DNA from: Natronoglycomyces albus | Lineage (GTDB): Bacteria; Actinomycetota; Actinomycetes; Mycobacteriales; Micromonosporaceae | Direction: 5' to 3' | DNA length: 64,000 nt | Assembly (NCBI RefSeq): GCF_016925535.1 | Contig: NZ_CP070496.1 | Coordinates: forward strand, 3,694,257 to 3,758,256 | Shown here: positions 49,059 through 58,256 of the stretch, in pieces | How the letters are laid out: the number at the start of each line of letters is the position of its first letter | How positions within the stretch are numbered: the first letter of the stretch is position 1 | Made by a program: the position numbers and the translations under genes | Notes under the pieces: generated by a model | Database searches by the model: none | What the model was told of the DNA's origin: nothing | The model's input: only the letters and a program-made list of their open reading frames with translations

Positions 49059-49673
49059 TTAAGAGGTTCGCTGGAAGCGCTGCGAATCCTCCCTAGCCGC
49101 CTGGCTTTCGACCAAGCGATCAAACGCGACCCACGCTCTTTTATCGGCGTCGGGCTCGGCGAGGATGCGATGCATCCAGTTATAGGAGAGCATGATGCCG
49201 AAGACTTCCTGCGCGATTTGGACAGTGTCGACGTCGCCGCGCAGCTCACCCTCGGATACCCCGGTGGCGACGATCTGCTTCAACGTGTCGAGCATGTCCT
49301 TTTGATCGGCGACCATTTTGGCGTTCAACGGCCCTGGTAGATCGTCAAACTCACTGATCGCGGCCAAGTGCAGACAGCCGCCGGGTTGCGCATACCACCG
49401 CATCCACAATTCCAGCAGCGCCCGCAGGCGTGCCACCCCTCGTGGTTTGGACAACGCGGGGCGGATGACTTCGGCGATAAACTGCTCGCCGTTGTATTCC
49501 ATGCAGGCCATTTGCAGGGCCTCTTTGGATTTAAAGTGCGCATAGACGCCCGACTTCGACATGTCAATGGCAGCGGCCAGCGACCCGATGGTCAGCCCCG
49601 ACAGCCCGCTATAGCGGGCCATACGGACGGCCACCTCTAGGATTGCTTGCCTTGTGTGGTCACCTTTACGCAC
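49059..49673 (-). CDS. TetR/AcrR family transcriptional regulator
   Basis: It has an N-terminal HTH …LSGLTIGSLAAAIDMSKSGVYAHFKSKEAL. Confidence 0.85.
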   Translation of the reverse strand: MRKGDHTRQAILEVAVRMARYSGLSGLTIGSLAAAIDMSKSGVYAHFKSKEALQMACMEYNGEQFIAEVIRPALSKPRGVARLRALLELWMRWYAQPGGCLHLAAISEFDDLPGPLNAKMVADQKDMLDTLKQIVATGVSEGELRGDVDTVQIAQEVFGIMLSYNWMHRILAEPDADKRAWVAFDRLVESQAAREDSQRFQRTS

Positions 49674-49769
49674 TACTCCAATCTAGCACGGTCGTGCGCA
49701 AACAAAAGGGTCTGCGATTGTCGAAAGTGAGTCCCATAACCGCCGAGCGCACTGGGAATCGCTGCGAGC

Positions 49770-50555
49770 TTAGGCGTTGAGGAAATCCATCAGCGTGTCA
49801 TATGACAAGCGGGCAATGAGGACGAACACCACCACGATGAGGACGATTCGCACGAATTTCGAGCCATTGCGCAGCGCCATGTTCGCGCCGATCAAGGCCC
49901 CGGTGGCATTACCGATAGCCATGAGCAGGCCCAGCGCCCACCACACGTGCCCAAAGTAGATGAAAACCAGCAGTGCGCCCAGGTTCGTCGCCGCGTTGAT
50001 GACCTTGGCGTGGGCCGTGGCCGACACATAGTCGCTGCCGAGGATCGCCGCGAAGCAGATAGCCAAGAAAATACCGGTACCCGGCCCGATGATGCCGTCA
50101 TAAAAGGCCACGAGCAGGCCCGCTGCCAGCATCAGCGCCGCCGCGCGCAGGGGCGTTTTCAACTTTGGCTGCGGGTGCAGACCAAATTGAGGCCGGGCCA
50201 GCACCATGATGGCGACGGCCATCAACACCGCGATGATGATCGGACGCAACGCGCCCGAGGAGACGGCTCCGGCCATGGCCGCCCCTAGGCCTGAGCCGAC
50301 CAAGGCCAAACCAACCGTGGGCCACAACAGCCGGTGGTCGAGCTTGATTTTGCGGCCATATGTGATCGCGGCAGTGGAGGTGGCAAAGACCGAGGCGAGC
50401 TTGTTGGTGCCCAGCAACGTCGCGACGGGAGCTTGGGGGTAGGCGAGCATCAAGGCTGGTAGTTGCAGGAGCCCACCGCCTCCGACCACGGCGTCCACCC
50501 AGCCGGCGAGGAGGGCGACTGAGAAGAGGAGGACGAGGACGATATCGAGTTCCAT
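49770..50555 (-). CDS. TauE/SafE (DUF81) family sulfite/anion exporter-like membrane protein
   Basis: It has two repeated 4-TM halves with motifs GGGGLLQLPALM and GIIGPGTGIFL. Confidence 0.85.
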   Translation of the reverse strand: MELDIVLVLLFSVALLAGWVDAVVGGGGLLQLPALMLAYPQAPVATLLGTNKLASVFATSTAAITYGRKIKLDHRLLWPTVGLALVGSGLGAAMAGAVSSGALRPIIIAVLMAVAIMVLARPQFGLHPQPKLKTPLRAAALMLAAGLLVAFYDGIIGPGTGIFLAICFAAILGSDYVSATAHAKVINAATNLGALLVFIYFGHVWWALGLLMAIGNATGALIGANMALRNGSKFVRIVLIVVVFVLIARLSYDTLMDFLNA

Positions 50556-50672
50556 GCATCAATGAAGTTATTTCACCTGGGGGTTTGTCCTGACGTGGCA
50601 ACAAGGTTGTGTCTGGTGCGACACACGAGGAACCCAATGCGGCAACGGCATCGATGCCGCCCGCGGTCGGCA

Positions 50673-50762
50673 TCAAGGAAGTGGGTTACCGGCCATAGCG
50701 TTGAGCACGACGAGGCCAAACACAATAAGACACAGGGTCAGCACGGCCTTTTTCCAGTTCAT
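50673..50762 (-). CDS. 29-codon hydrophobic mini-ORF (MNWKKAVLTLCLIVFGLVVLNAMAGNPLP) upstream of the TauE gene
   Basis: The ATG is preceded by GGGGGAG. It encodes a single predicted TM helix. Whether it is coding is uncertain. Confidence 0.3.
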   Translation of the reverse strand: MNWKKAVLTLCLIVFGLVVLNAMAGNPLP

Positions 50763-51016
50763 CGCTCCCCCACCGACCAGTCGGGCCATCGGTACCACTC
50801 CAGATTAAGAGGCCCGCTGACCAAGTCAGTGTGGCTTCGCGTTCTGCCTGGGTCTGGTTTCGGACTCATTGCGAGAAATAGCGCCCGTCCAGACCTCCCC
50901 CAAGCCTAGGATTCACCTATGGCGACCAGTGGATTTCGCCATCGTCAGGCCCAAAAACGAGTTCGACCGCCGGCCGCGCGGAAATTGGCGGCTTTGCGGT
51001 CGCCGAGAGGAAAACG

Positions 51017-51496
51017 ATGGACTTCACTTTTAAGGTGCCCCCGGGGCAACCGATCCTGGAATGGGACATCGTCGTCGACGCTCCCATGGCGGTGGCGTTC
51101 GCGGCCTATATGGATGCCGCCGAAATCCCTAGCTTCTGGGGGCCAGCTATCTATGCCACCGAGGTACTGGAATTTGACCCGCACACCGGCGGAAAGTTTC
51201 GCATCGTCTCCCGGGCCGATGACGGCACCGAACATCTCTTCTCAGGCGTGTTTCACGAGGTGATACCGGGCGAACGCATTGTCAGCACCTTCCAATACGG
51301 GCCAAGCCCAGCGCCGGTGAACTTGGAGATTCACGACCTGAGCGAGGTCGACGGCCGCGCCCGTTTCGCCGGTCGCACGATCTTCGAGTCCACCCAGATG
51401 CGAGACGAGTGGGTGGAGGGCGGATGCGAAGAGGGCATGCACGAGACATTCACTCGTTTCGAGCGGGTGCTGGCCCGCCGTCTGGGCGATGAATGA
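51017..51496 (+). CDS. SRPBCC (AHSA1/START-like) domain protein
   Basis: A 159-aa protein with …GGKFRIVSRADDGTEHLFSGVFHEVIPGERIV… typical of Aha1-like SRPBCC proteins. Confidence 0.7.
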   Translation: MDFTFKVPPGQPILEWDIVVDAPMAVAFAAYMDAAEIPSFWGPAIYATEVLEFDPHTGGKFRIVSRADDGTEHLFSGVFHEVIPGERIVSTFQYGPSPAPVNLEIHDLSEVDGRARFAGRTIFESTQMRDEWVEGGCEEGMHETFTRFERVLARRLGDE

Positions 51497-51520
51497 GACC
51501 AGTGGGCGCGCGGAAACCCT

Positions 51521-52360
51521 TTAGTCGAGCCCAAGTTCCCAGGCCACTTGGTCGGCCGTGGACCGGAAGTATCGTTCCGGATCGGTGATGACGCGCCCCA
51601 GGTAGCCAAAGATCTCAAAACTGACCACACCGAGCAGCCCCGCCCAGGCCTTGACCAACTGCACAATCACATCGTCATCCAGGCCCGTGACAATTTCGCG
51701 CACTTCCTGGGCCAGCACCTCGCCGGGAATCTCCGGATGGCCCGACTCGGACGATGGCGGATGGAATGCCTGCTCATTGACCGCGTCTCGCACGACTCCG
51801 ACCAGCGCCAGCGGCATTCGCGACGCGGCGGTGTGCGTGTCGTCGGGCCCGGCGTATCCGGGAATCGGGCTGCCATAGATGAGCCCGAACTCGTGGGGAT
51901 GCTCAACCGCCCAGGCCCGAACTGCCATGGCCACCTCTATCCAACGCTGGCGAGGCCGCAGGTCGGCGGGCAGGGAGTTAGCGGTCCGTTCGGCCACCTC
52001 ACCCAAGTCGTTGTAGGCGTCCACGATGAGCGCGGTGAGCAGCTCGTCGCGGTTCTTGAAGTATCGGTAGACGGCCGAGGAAGCCATGGTTAGGTCACGG
52101 GCCACCGCGCGCAGGGACAAGTTGGCGGGCCCGACGTCGCTGAGGTGCTGCCTGGCCACATCGGTGATGGCGCGCATGATGCGGGCGCGAGCCTCATCGC
52201 GGGCTGATTGGACGTTGACGCGGGCGCGTTGGGCGACCGTGAGATCTTGCGCGGTGCTGCCCGTCCTAGCACGGGAACCGGCCAGTTTGCCTGAAGTAGC
52301 TGGTGGCTGCGGAGGATCAGCCGCAGTGTCATGGGTGGTCATTCCTCCACCATAGCGCAA
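51521..52360 (-). CDS. TetR family transcriptional regulator
   Basis: It has an HTH …LSLRAVARDLTMASSAVYRYFKNRDEL. The start is possibly at MTTHDT. Confidence 0.8.
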   Translation of the reverse strand: MRYGGGMTTHDTAADPPQPPATSGKLAGSRARTGSTAQDLTVAQRARVNVQSARDEARARIMRAITDVARQHLSDVGPANLSLRAVARDLTMASSAVYRYFKNRDELLTALIVDAYNDLGEVAERTANSLPADLRPRQRWIEVAMAVRAWAVEHPHEFGLIYGSPIPGYAGPDDTHTAASRMPLALVGVVRDAVNEQAFHPPSSESGHPEIPGEVLAQEVREIVTGLDDDVIVQLVKAWAGLLGVVSFEIFGYLGRVITDPERYFRSTADQVAWELGLD

Positions 52361-52631
52361 TTGAGGTCATTGCTCACAAGCAAGAGCACTGATCTAGCAT
52401 CTAGATCACTCTTATGAGAGCATAGGACCCAACCGAGAGCACTGCTCTCGGAATTGGCGGGCGACCGAGGCGTCCCACCACCTCGACCCCGGGGCCACAT
52501 CACCAACGGGCAACGTCGCCCAACTGGGCTACCGATCCACCTTCACCGCGCCGAATTCACCCAGCGCGACACAGAATCTTGAAAGACTACAAACCAGACA
52601 TACCCCCCTGAAACAGTGTGAGGATACTGGG

Positions 52632-53453
52632 ATGGCTGACGACACTCAAAGCTCCAAACCCCGCCGTCAAAGCGAGGCCGACCGCACCCAGGCCGCCACG
52701 GACTCCCAGCCGGACGGCCACCACCCGACACAGTCAGAACCGACTGCCTCCACGACCAGCCACGGACCGGCAGATAAGGCCACACTGGAGCATCTCGACT
52801 CCGGCGTCATCATCGACGAAGAGCCCTTCCTCCTCGCTGCCAACCTATACTCCGCCGGCCGCTTCGGCGCCGTCTTCTCCCACGTCAACCTGCGCGCCAA
52901 TCAAGGAGACCTCGTCGCCCTCACCGGCGAGGCCGGCACCGGTCACACCGCCTTGCTCCTAGCCTTGTCCGGACGCTGGAAACTCACCTCCGGCGACCTC
53001 ACCGTCAACGGCGACACCGCACCCCGCCGCATCCGACGCCACGTCACCATTGCCAACGCCGCCCCAGCGGTCAACTGCGAAGACTTCCACACCATCGCCC
53101 ACCTCATCACCGAAACACGCGCTGTCACCGCAGGCGAGGCCACCAAGACCGGGATCGCCACCTGGATGGAGCGGCTAGAGGTCCAACCCGAGCCACACCA
53201 AACATTCGCGCTCCTGCCCCGGGTAGAACAAACCCTGCTTCTCATAGCGCTAGGCGCTGCCTGTGGCACCCCAGTCCTCGCCGTCGACGATGTCGACGCG
53301 GGCCTCTCCACAGAACACGCCAATCGCGTCTTCGACGCACTGCGCCTAGTCGCCGACCACAACATTCTCGTCCTGGCTAGCTGCGTCCGCCAAGACCCAC
53401 CCGCCGATACCGTCCTCACCCTCGACCAACCCACCACGCAGGAGAAAGCATGA
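52632..53453 (+). CDS. ABC-ATPase-like protein with degenerate Walker A (GEAGTGHT) and Walker B (LAVDDVD), likely a non-catalytic partner of YhgE/Pip
   Basis: It has the ABC fold order, but the Walker A Lys is replaced by His and the Walker B Glu by Asp. Its stop overlaps the next gene start (ATGA). Confidence 0.6.
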   Translation: MADDTQSSKPRRQSEADRTQAATDSQPDGHHPTQSEPTASTTSHGPADKATLEHLDSGVIIDEEPFLLAANLYSAGRFGAVFSHVNLRANQGDLVALTGEAGTGHTALLLALSGRWKLTSGDLTVNGDTAPRRIRRHVTIANAAPAVNCEDFHTIAHLITETRAVTAGEATKTGIATWMERLEVQPEPHQTFALLPRVEQTLLLIALGAACGTPVLAVDDVDAGLSTEHANRVFDALRLVADHNILVLASCVRQDPPADTVLTLDQPTTQEKA

Positions 53454-55255
53454 ATTCGGTCCGGCTCGCATTCCTCGAACTGCGTCGCTTCCGAGGCCAC
53501 CCGCTGCGCTACGCCGCGCTCGTGGTCATCCTCCTCATCCCCCTGCTCTATGGCGGCCTCTACCTGTGGTTTTCGTGGGACCCCTACGGCAACACCGACC
53601 GCATGCCCGTGGCCGTGGTCAACAACGACACCGGCGCGACCGTAGAGGGCGAAGACATCGACGGTGGTCAACAACTAGTCGACCAACTCGACGCCGCCCG
53701 CGTCATGGACTGGCACTTCGTCGACGCCCAGGAGGCCGACCGGGGGCTGCGCGAAGGCGACTACTACCTGACGATCACCGTCCCGCAAGACTTCTCCGAA
53801 ACCCTGTCGACCCTCGCCACCGGCGCCCCCGACCAGGCACGCATCCACATTCACACCAACGACGCCAACAACTACGTCGCCGGAATCATGGCCCAAACCC
53901 TGGAGCTGGAACTCCAAAACCAAATCAACACCGCCGTATACGTCACGGTCGCGAAAACCGCGCTCGGCGACATCCATGAACTCAAAGTCGGACTCACCGA
54001 AGCGGCCGAAGGAGCCGACCAGCTAGCCGAAGGCGCGGGCGCGGCCCAGCAAGGTGCCGCCGAACTCGAAACCGGCCTCTCCGAGCTAACCGACGGCTCC
54101 GGCCAAGTGGCCACCGGGGTCGCAGAAGTCACCGACACATTGCTACCGATCCTCGGAACCCTCTCGGAGGACTGGCCCGCCATACAAGCGGCCTCCGGTC
54201 AGGCATCGGACATCACCGGAAGGGCCGCGAACGACCTGGGCGAGGTTCACGACGTCCTTTGCGCTGAGCCCGATGACGACACCGAGGCCGCCTGCGCGAC
54301 GTTTGCCGACGTCGTGGACGAGGCGCAAGAAGTCAACGAGGAGGTCAGCGCTGGAGACCAACGCGTGCAGAGCATCAGCTCCGGCGACCTCGACCAACGC
54401 GCCGGAGACCTGGACGCGCTGGCCGAAGGGGCCGACGCCGTTCACGCCGGGCTACAAGAGGCCACGGGAGGGGCTTCGCAGCTCGGTTCAGGTCTGGGCG
54501 AACTCGACGCGGGAGCCAACGAACTGGCGAGCGAACTGCATGGGGCCGCCGACCGCGTGCCCTCCACCGATCCGGCCGACAATGCCGACAACGCCGAGGC
54601 GTATGGCAACCCGGTCCTCATGCAGGAGACCAATCTCAACCCGGCCGACAACTACGGGCGCGGCATGGCCCCGTTCTTCCTGGCCATCGCACTGTGGGTG
54701 TTCGGCTTGGTGGCGTTCAAGCTGCTGCGCACGTATAACCCGCGAGCTCTCGCCGGACGTCTAGCCGCGTTTCCCGTGGTGGTGACGGGATGGTTGCCCG
54801 CCTCCATCATGGCGCTGGGCGCGGCGCTGGTTCTCTATCTCACCGTCGACCTGTCGCTTGGTCTAGCGCCAGTGAATGTGGCGGGCACGCTAGGGGTGCT
54901 TGCCGTGACCGCGCTGGTCTTCACCGCGATCGCGCACCTATTCCGCCTGGCGGCTGGCTCGACCGGAGAAGTGTTGATTCTGGTGGGGCTGATGTTGCAG
55001 CTCACCTCTGCCGGGGGACTGTTCCCGGTGGAGACCACACCGGGATTCTTCCAAGCCCTGCACCCGTTCATGCCGATGACGTACTCGGTCGACGCGCTGC
55101 GGGTGACCATCACTGGCGGAGAGTCCGACGCCGCCTGGCAGGCCATGGGCACGCTCTCCCTGTTTGGGATCGGCGCGCTGGCGCTGTCAACCTTGGTGGT
55201 GATGGGTTTCCGGCGCTGGAGCATCGACCGGCTCAAACCCAGCCTCGCCACATGA
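53450..55255 (+). CDS. YhgE/Pip domain-containing membrane protein (ABC-2 permease-like with a large extracellular coiled-coil domain)
   Basis: The N-terminal region …LIPLLYGGLYLWFSWDPYGNTDRMPVAVVNND… is diagnostic of YhgE/Pip. Five C-terminal TM helices follow. Confidence 0.8.
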   Translation: MNSVRLAFLELRRFRGHPLRYAALVVILLIPLLYGGLYLWFSWDPYGNTDRMPVAVVNNDTGATVEGEDIDGGQQLVDQLDAARVMDWHFVDAQEADRGLREGDYYLTITVPQDFSETLSTLATGAPDQARIHIHTNDANNYVAGIMAQTLELELQNQINTAVYVTVAKTALGDIHELKVGLTEAAEGADQLAEGAGAAQQGAAELETGLSELTDGSGQVATGVAEVTDTLLPILGTLSEDWPAIQAASGQASDITGRAANDLGEVHDVLCAEPDDDTEAACATFADVVDEAQEVNEEVSAGDQRVQSISSGDLDQRAGDLDALAEGADAVHAGLQEATGGASQLGSGLGELDAGANELASELHGAADRVPSTDPADNADNAEAYGNPVLMQETNLNPADNYGRGMAPFFLAIALWVFGLVAFKLLRTYNPRALAGRLAAFPVVVTGWLPASIMALGAALVLYLTVDLSLGLAPVNVAGTLGVLAVTALVFTAIAHLFRLAAGSTGEVLILVGLMLQLTSAGGLFPVETTPGFFQALHPFMPMTYSVDALRVTITGGESDAAWQAMGTLSLFGIGALALSTLVVMGFRRWSIDRLKPSLAT

Positions 55256-55422
55256 GCCCACCAATGACTCACTGAGCAGGGCCTTGAACTGGGGCGGCGT
55301 CACCGTTTCGGCGAAGCGAAAGGACAGACGCCACAGCGGTGGCACCGGCTATAGCCGCCCCTGCCAGATGCGGTAAAGTTCTCGTCGTATCTCACGCGAG
55401 GACGTAATATTCTCGGTGAGAT

Positions 55423-55499
55423 GGCCAGGTAGCTCAGTTGGTACGAGCGTCCGCCTGAAAAGCGGAAGGTCGCCGGTTCGATCCCGGCCCTGGCCACCA
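55423..55499 (+). tRNA. tRNA-Phe (anticodon GAA), complete with encoded CCA
   Basis: GGCCAGGTAGCTCAGTTGGTACGAGCGTCCGCCTGAAAAGCGGAAGGTCGCCGGTTCGATCCCGGCCCTGGCCACCA was read directly. Confidence 0.9.
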
Positions 55500-55711
55500 A
55501 CTCGATCAACCCGTTATCAGCAAAAGTGTTGGTGGCGGGTTGTTTTCATTCCGCATGGCATGTAATCGCGATCTCCGATCCATCACCGCCATTCCCGGCA
55601 GGCTACGGCTCACCGGGGTCAGGGGTGGACCGAATAGGGCCGCTAGGGTCGTGGCTCAGGTGGTGAATCTGTTGGGAAGAGCCTCTTCGAGCCCACCGGT
55701 CTATGACAGCC

Positions 55712-56305
55712 CTACGGTTTTTCTCCGCACATTAGTTGCACCAAAACTGGCATCGCGCTTGAAGGATCGGGCCCAACCCTGCCCGAGCTTAGCTCTGGGT
55801 CCGCGGCCCGGGCTCTGCGAACAGCCTCGAACACCTGGTCGATTGGGAACTGGTTTGAGAGGCGTTTTTCACTTAGTAGCTTGTGATCGGCTACAAGGTC
55901 ATCTAGCTGCTTCGTAGTCCTCACCGAGGTCGAGTTGGATGCGTGCCACAGTAGCCAGACTTCAAACTTCAAACGGGAGACAATGAGGTCGATTCCCTCT
56001 CGTTGCGCCGTCTTTATTGCTTCCTGAAGCGTCGTGTGTTGGTCGACGTCCACAAGACAGACGCAATGATCGAACGCTTTATCTTTATCCTTGGCGTTCT
56101 TTCTGAATTCGATGCACTTCTTTACGACTTCCCGAGGGTCTTTTCCTACTCCGACAGACTTGACTGAAACCCGAAACCTGCTAGCACGTAGGTATTGTTC
56201 CAGTCGTTCCACGTATTGCTTCTCGGTCACGACGCATTCTGTGACCACCAACAGGCGTCGATATTCCTTGCGAGATTTTCTGGATTTACGTTGAGATTTA
56301 TGCAA
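55712..56305 (-). CDS. RloB-like (AbiLii-type, TOPRIM-like) protein
   Basis: RRLLVVTECVVTEKQYVERL is the RloB hallmark (ILIVCEGEKTE). It also has CLVDVDQH and IDLIVSRLKFEVWLLWH. The gene has a TTG start. Confidence 0.75.
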   Translation of the reverse strand: MHKSQRKSRKSRKEYRRLLVVTECVVTEKQYVERLEQYLRASRFRVSVKSVGVGKDPREVVKKCIEFRKNAKDKDKAFDHCVCLVDVDQHTTLQEAIKTAQREGIDLIVSRLKFEVWLLWHASNSTSVRTTKQLDDLVADHKLLSEKRLSNQFPIDQVFEAVRRARAADPELSSGRVGPDPSSAMPVLVQLMCGEKP

Positions 56306-56388
56306 AAGGGCAGATTCAAGGCCGCAGGAGGCGAAGTTTACGCAGGTAAACGAGCCGACGAGAACGAAGAAGGTGCCTTTTGCATAAA
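56297..56388. repeat. 92-bp element with perfect 13-bp terminal inverted repeats (TTTATGCAAAAGG…CCTTTTGCATAAA) spanning the ATPase/RloB gene junction
   Basis: Read directly. It contributes the last 18 codons and stop of the ATPase and the first codons of the RloB gene. A diverged second copy is at 58141-58244. Confidence 0.4.
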
Positions 56389-57756
56389 CCTCGTTGCTGT
56401 TTTGCCACTGCGGGGGGCCTTCTTCTCGATCAGCGGAGCCAGTGATCCGGGGGCGAGTCGAGGGGTGCCGCCGTAACGTCCAAGGAGGTATCGTTTGGCG
56501 ACGTTGGCGTCTCGATGTCGAGGGAAATCTGCCAGGCAGGATAGCTCCGTGGCCCCGTCATATGACTTGTCGGTAAACCACACCTGCTCTGGTTCGAGGT
56601 CGGTGTCGCTGAGCGGAGACAGGATGTAGGCATCATGGCTCGTGAACAATAGCTGTGCCCGCTTTGGATTCAAGTCAGGGTCTTCGAAAACGCTCAGGAG
56701 CACGTCGAGAAGATGCGGGTGGAGACTGGAGTCAATCTCATCCACGCAGTACAGACCTCCCTTGCGAAGGACCTCAAGCGCGGGAACCATGACCGCGAGC
56801 CAGGCAATCGTCCCGTTGCTCTCATCGTGGAATGAGAATGCCGGACGATCTTCACCGACCCCACGGTGGGTGAAGAGCAGATTCCTTATGACCATGTCGG
56901 ATACTTTGTCGCCCAGCTCGAAACGAGGAGTCGCCGCGTCTTCCTCCTCTGCTCCTTCCTCGGAGGCAACCTCTATATCATCTTGGAATTTTCCAATAAA
57001 CACCCTAAGCGCTTCCCGAACATTCTCTGGAAGTTCTTCTTCTTGTACAGATACTTTCTCGACTCCGATATCGGCAACCTGAAGCAGGGTCTCGATGTCC
57101 TCAAAGGTGATGGTGCCATCTACCAAGGAATCGGCGATCGATCTAAGACGGTGTTCGCGATGGGTGTCCTTCACTGAAACCAAATCAAATGATTCCACTA
57201 GATTGTTCGCGATCGGTGCTAGCTGCGGGTGTTCCAAAAGCAGCGCTCGGCTCATCACCAACTCACGGCGAGTGACCTTCCCGACTGAGCGAAACTTGGG
57301 GTGCAGGTACAGAGTGCCTTTGTCGGACTCTCTTTCAAACACAGTTCGCCATCGTGTATTCGGGACATCCCGCAGCCACTCACGTGCTATACCATTGGCG
57401 TCCACTTCAAATCCATATAGGTGGCGCTTTCCGTCATAGACAAAATCCAGCTCGAAGGTGCTCGTCTCAACCGCTGGGGAATTGTCGAGGGCAAACGGTT
57501 CCCACCGCATTGACTTTGCAGCCTGCCAGGTCGTTGACGAATTGAGGATCGCGGAGAACGTGTAGCCAAGGGCGTCCAGAAGCGCGGATTTACCAGTCGC
57601 GTTCCCACCGAAGATTCCGGCTAGTGGGTAGACGTAGCTCTCCCACTCCTGGCCCTCTTTCGGTTTAAGGGTGCGAAGCGCTGGTCGGATGAAGTCCAGA
57701 GTGAGCTCGTCACGGATGCTCTTGTGGTTCCTCACCGTGAAGCTGAGCAAGATCAT
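56338..57756 (-). CDS. AAA_21-type ATPase (AbiLi/RloA-like abortive-infection ATPase)
   Basis: It has an N-terminal SMC-like P-loop GGNATGKSALLDALG and a C-terminal LLFTSHD. It is paired head-to-tail with the RloB-like gene. Confidence 0.8.
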   Translation of the reverse strand: MILLSFTVRNHKSIRDELTLDFIRPALRTLKPKEGQEWESYVYPLAGIFGGNATGKSALLDALGYTFSAILNSSTTWQAAKSMRWEPFALDNSPAVETSTFELDFVYDGKRHLYGFEVDANGIAREWLRDVPNTRWRTVFERESDKGTLYLHPKFRSVGKVTRRELVMSRALLLEHPQLAPIANNLVESFDLVSVKDTHREHRLRSIADSLVDGTITFEDIETLLQVADIGVEKVSVQEEELPENVREALRVFIGKFQDDIEVASEEGAEEEDAATPRFELGDKVSDMVIRNLLFTHRGVGEDRPAFSFHDESNGTIAWLAVMVPALEVLRKGGLYCVDEIDSSLHPHLLDVLLSVFEDPDLNPKRAQLLFTSHDAYILSPLSDTDLEPEQVWFTDKSYDGATELSCLADFPRHRDANVAKRYLLGRYGGTPRLAPGSLAPLIEKKAPRSGKTATRFMQKAPSSFSSARLPA

Positions 57757-57913
57757 AGGACGACAATATCAGTTAAAGACGTCAATTTCATCGTTTTTCG
57801 CGTGAGAAAGGGCTCAAAGGTAGGTAACTTAATCACAACTGGACAAGTGACCAGGTAGGTTGCATGATGAGGTGTGTCAAGAACTCGCAGGGCAGAATTT
57901 CACTGAGGAGGCC

Positions 57914-57970
57914 ACGAGCGTCCGCCTGAAAAGCGGAAGGTCGCCGGTTCGATCCCGGCCCTGGCCACCA
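57914..57970 (+). repeat. 57-nt 3' fragment of tRNA-Phe (direct repeat, att-like right boundary)
   Basis: ACGAGCGTCCGCCTGAAAAGCGGAAGGTCGCCGGTTCGATCCCGGCCCTGGCCACCA is identical to 55443-55499. The 5' half is absent. Downstream flank similarity continues with mismatches. Confidence 0.7.
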
Positions 57971-58140
57971 GGAATGCGGCCCGCTTACCAGCTAAACGTT
58001 TGGTCGGCGGGTTTTCTTATGCGGACTGACCGATGGTGCCATGCCCGGCTCGCACCAGTCAGCTACCAGTGCATACGACCCAAGGCGGGCAAATCCTGTT
58101 TGCGGCAAAAGCCGCCAAGCCCCTGACCCAGTTGGTGACT

Positions 58141-58244
58141 TCACTGAGGCTTATGCGAAAGCGCAGGCCCAAGACCGCAGCAGACGAAGTTTACGCAGCC
58201 AAAAGCGCCCACGACGCCGAAGGTGTCGTTTATACAAACGTCGC
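58141..58244. repeat. diverged second copy (about 75% identity) of the 56297-56388 repeat unit, downstream of the DUF234 ATPase gene
   Basis: The shared core is CCGCAG.AG.CGAAGTTTACGCAG…ACGA…CGAAG..GTG.C. The terminal inverted repeats are decayed in this copy. Confidence 0.35.
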
Positions 58245-58256
58245 AGCCGAGGGAAG

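Larger units (their letters stand above)
55500..57913. mobile_element. 2.4-kb tRNA-Phe-associated genomic islet bounded by a 57-nt direct repeat of the tRNA 3' end; no integrase; carries an AbiL-like defence pair
   Basis: The complete tRNA-Phe is at the left edge and a 3' fragment copy is at 57914-57970. The interior has an AT-rich promoter region and only two genes. Confidence 0.5.
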
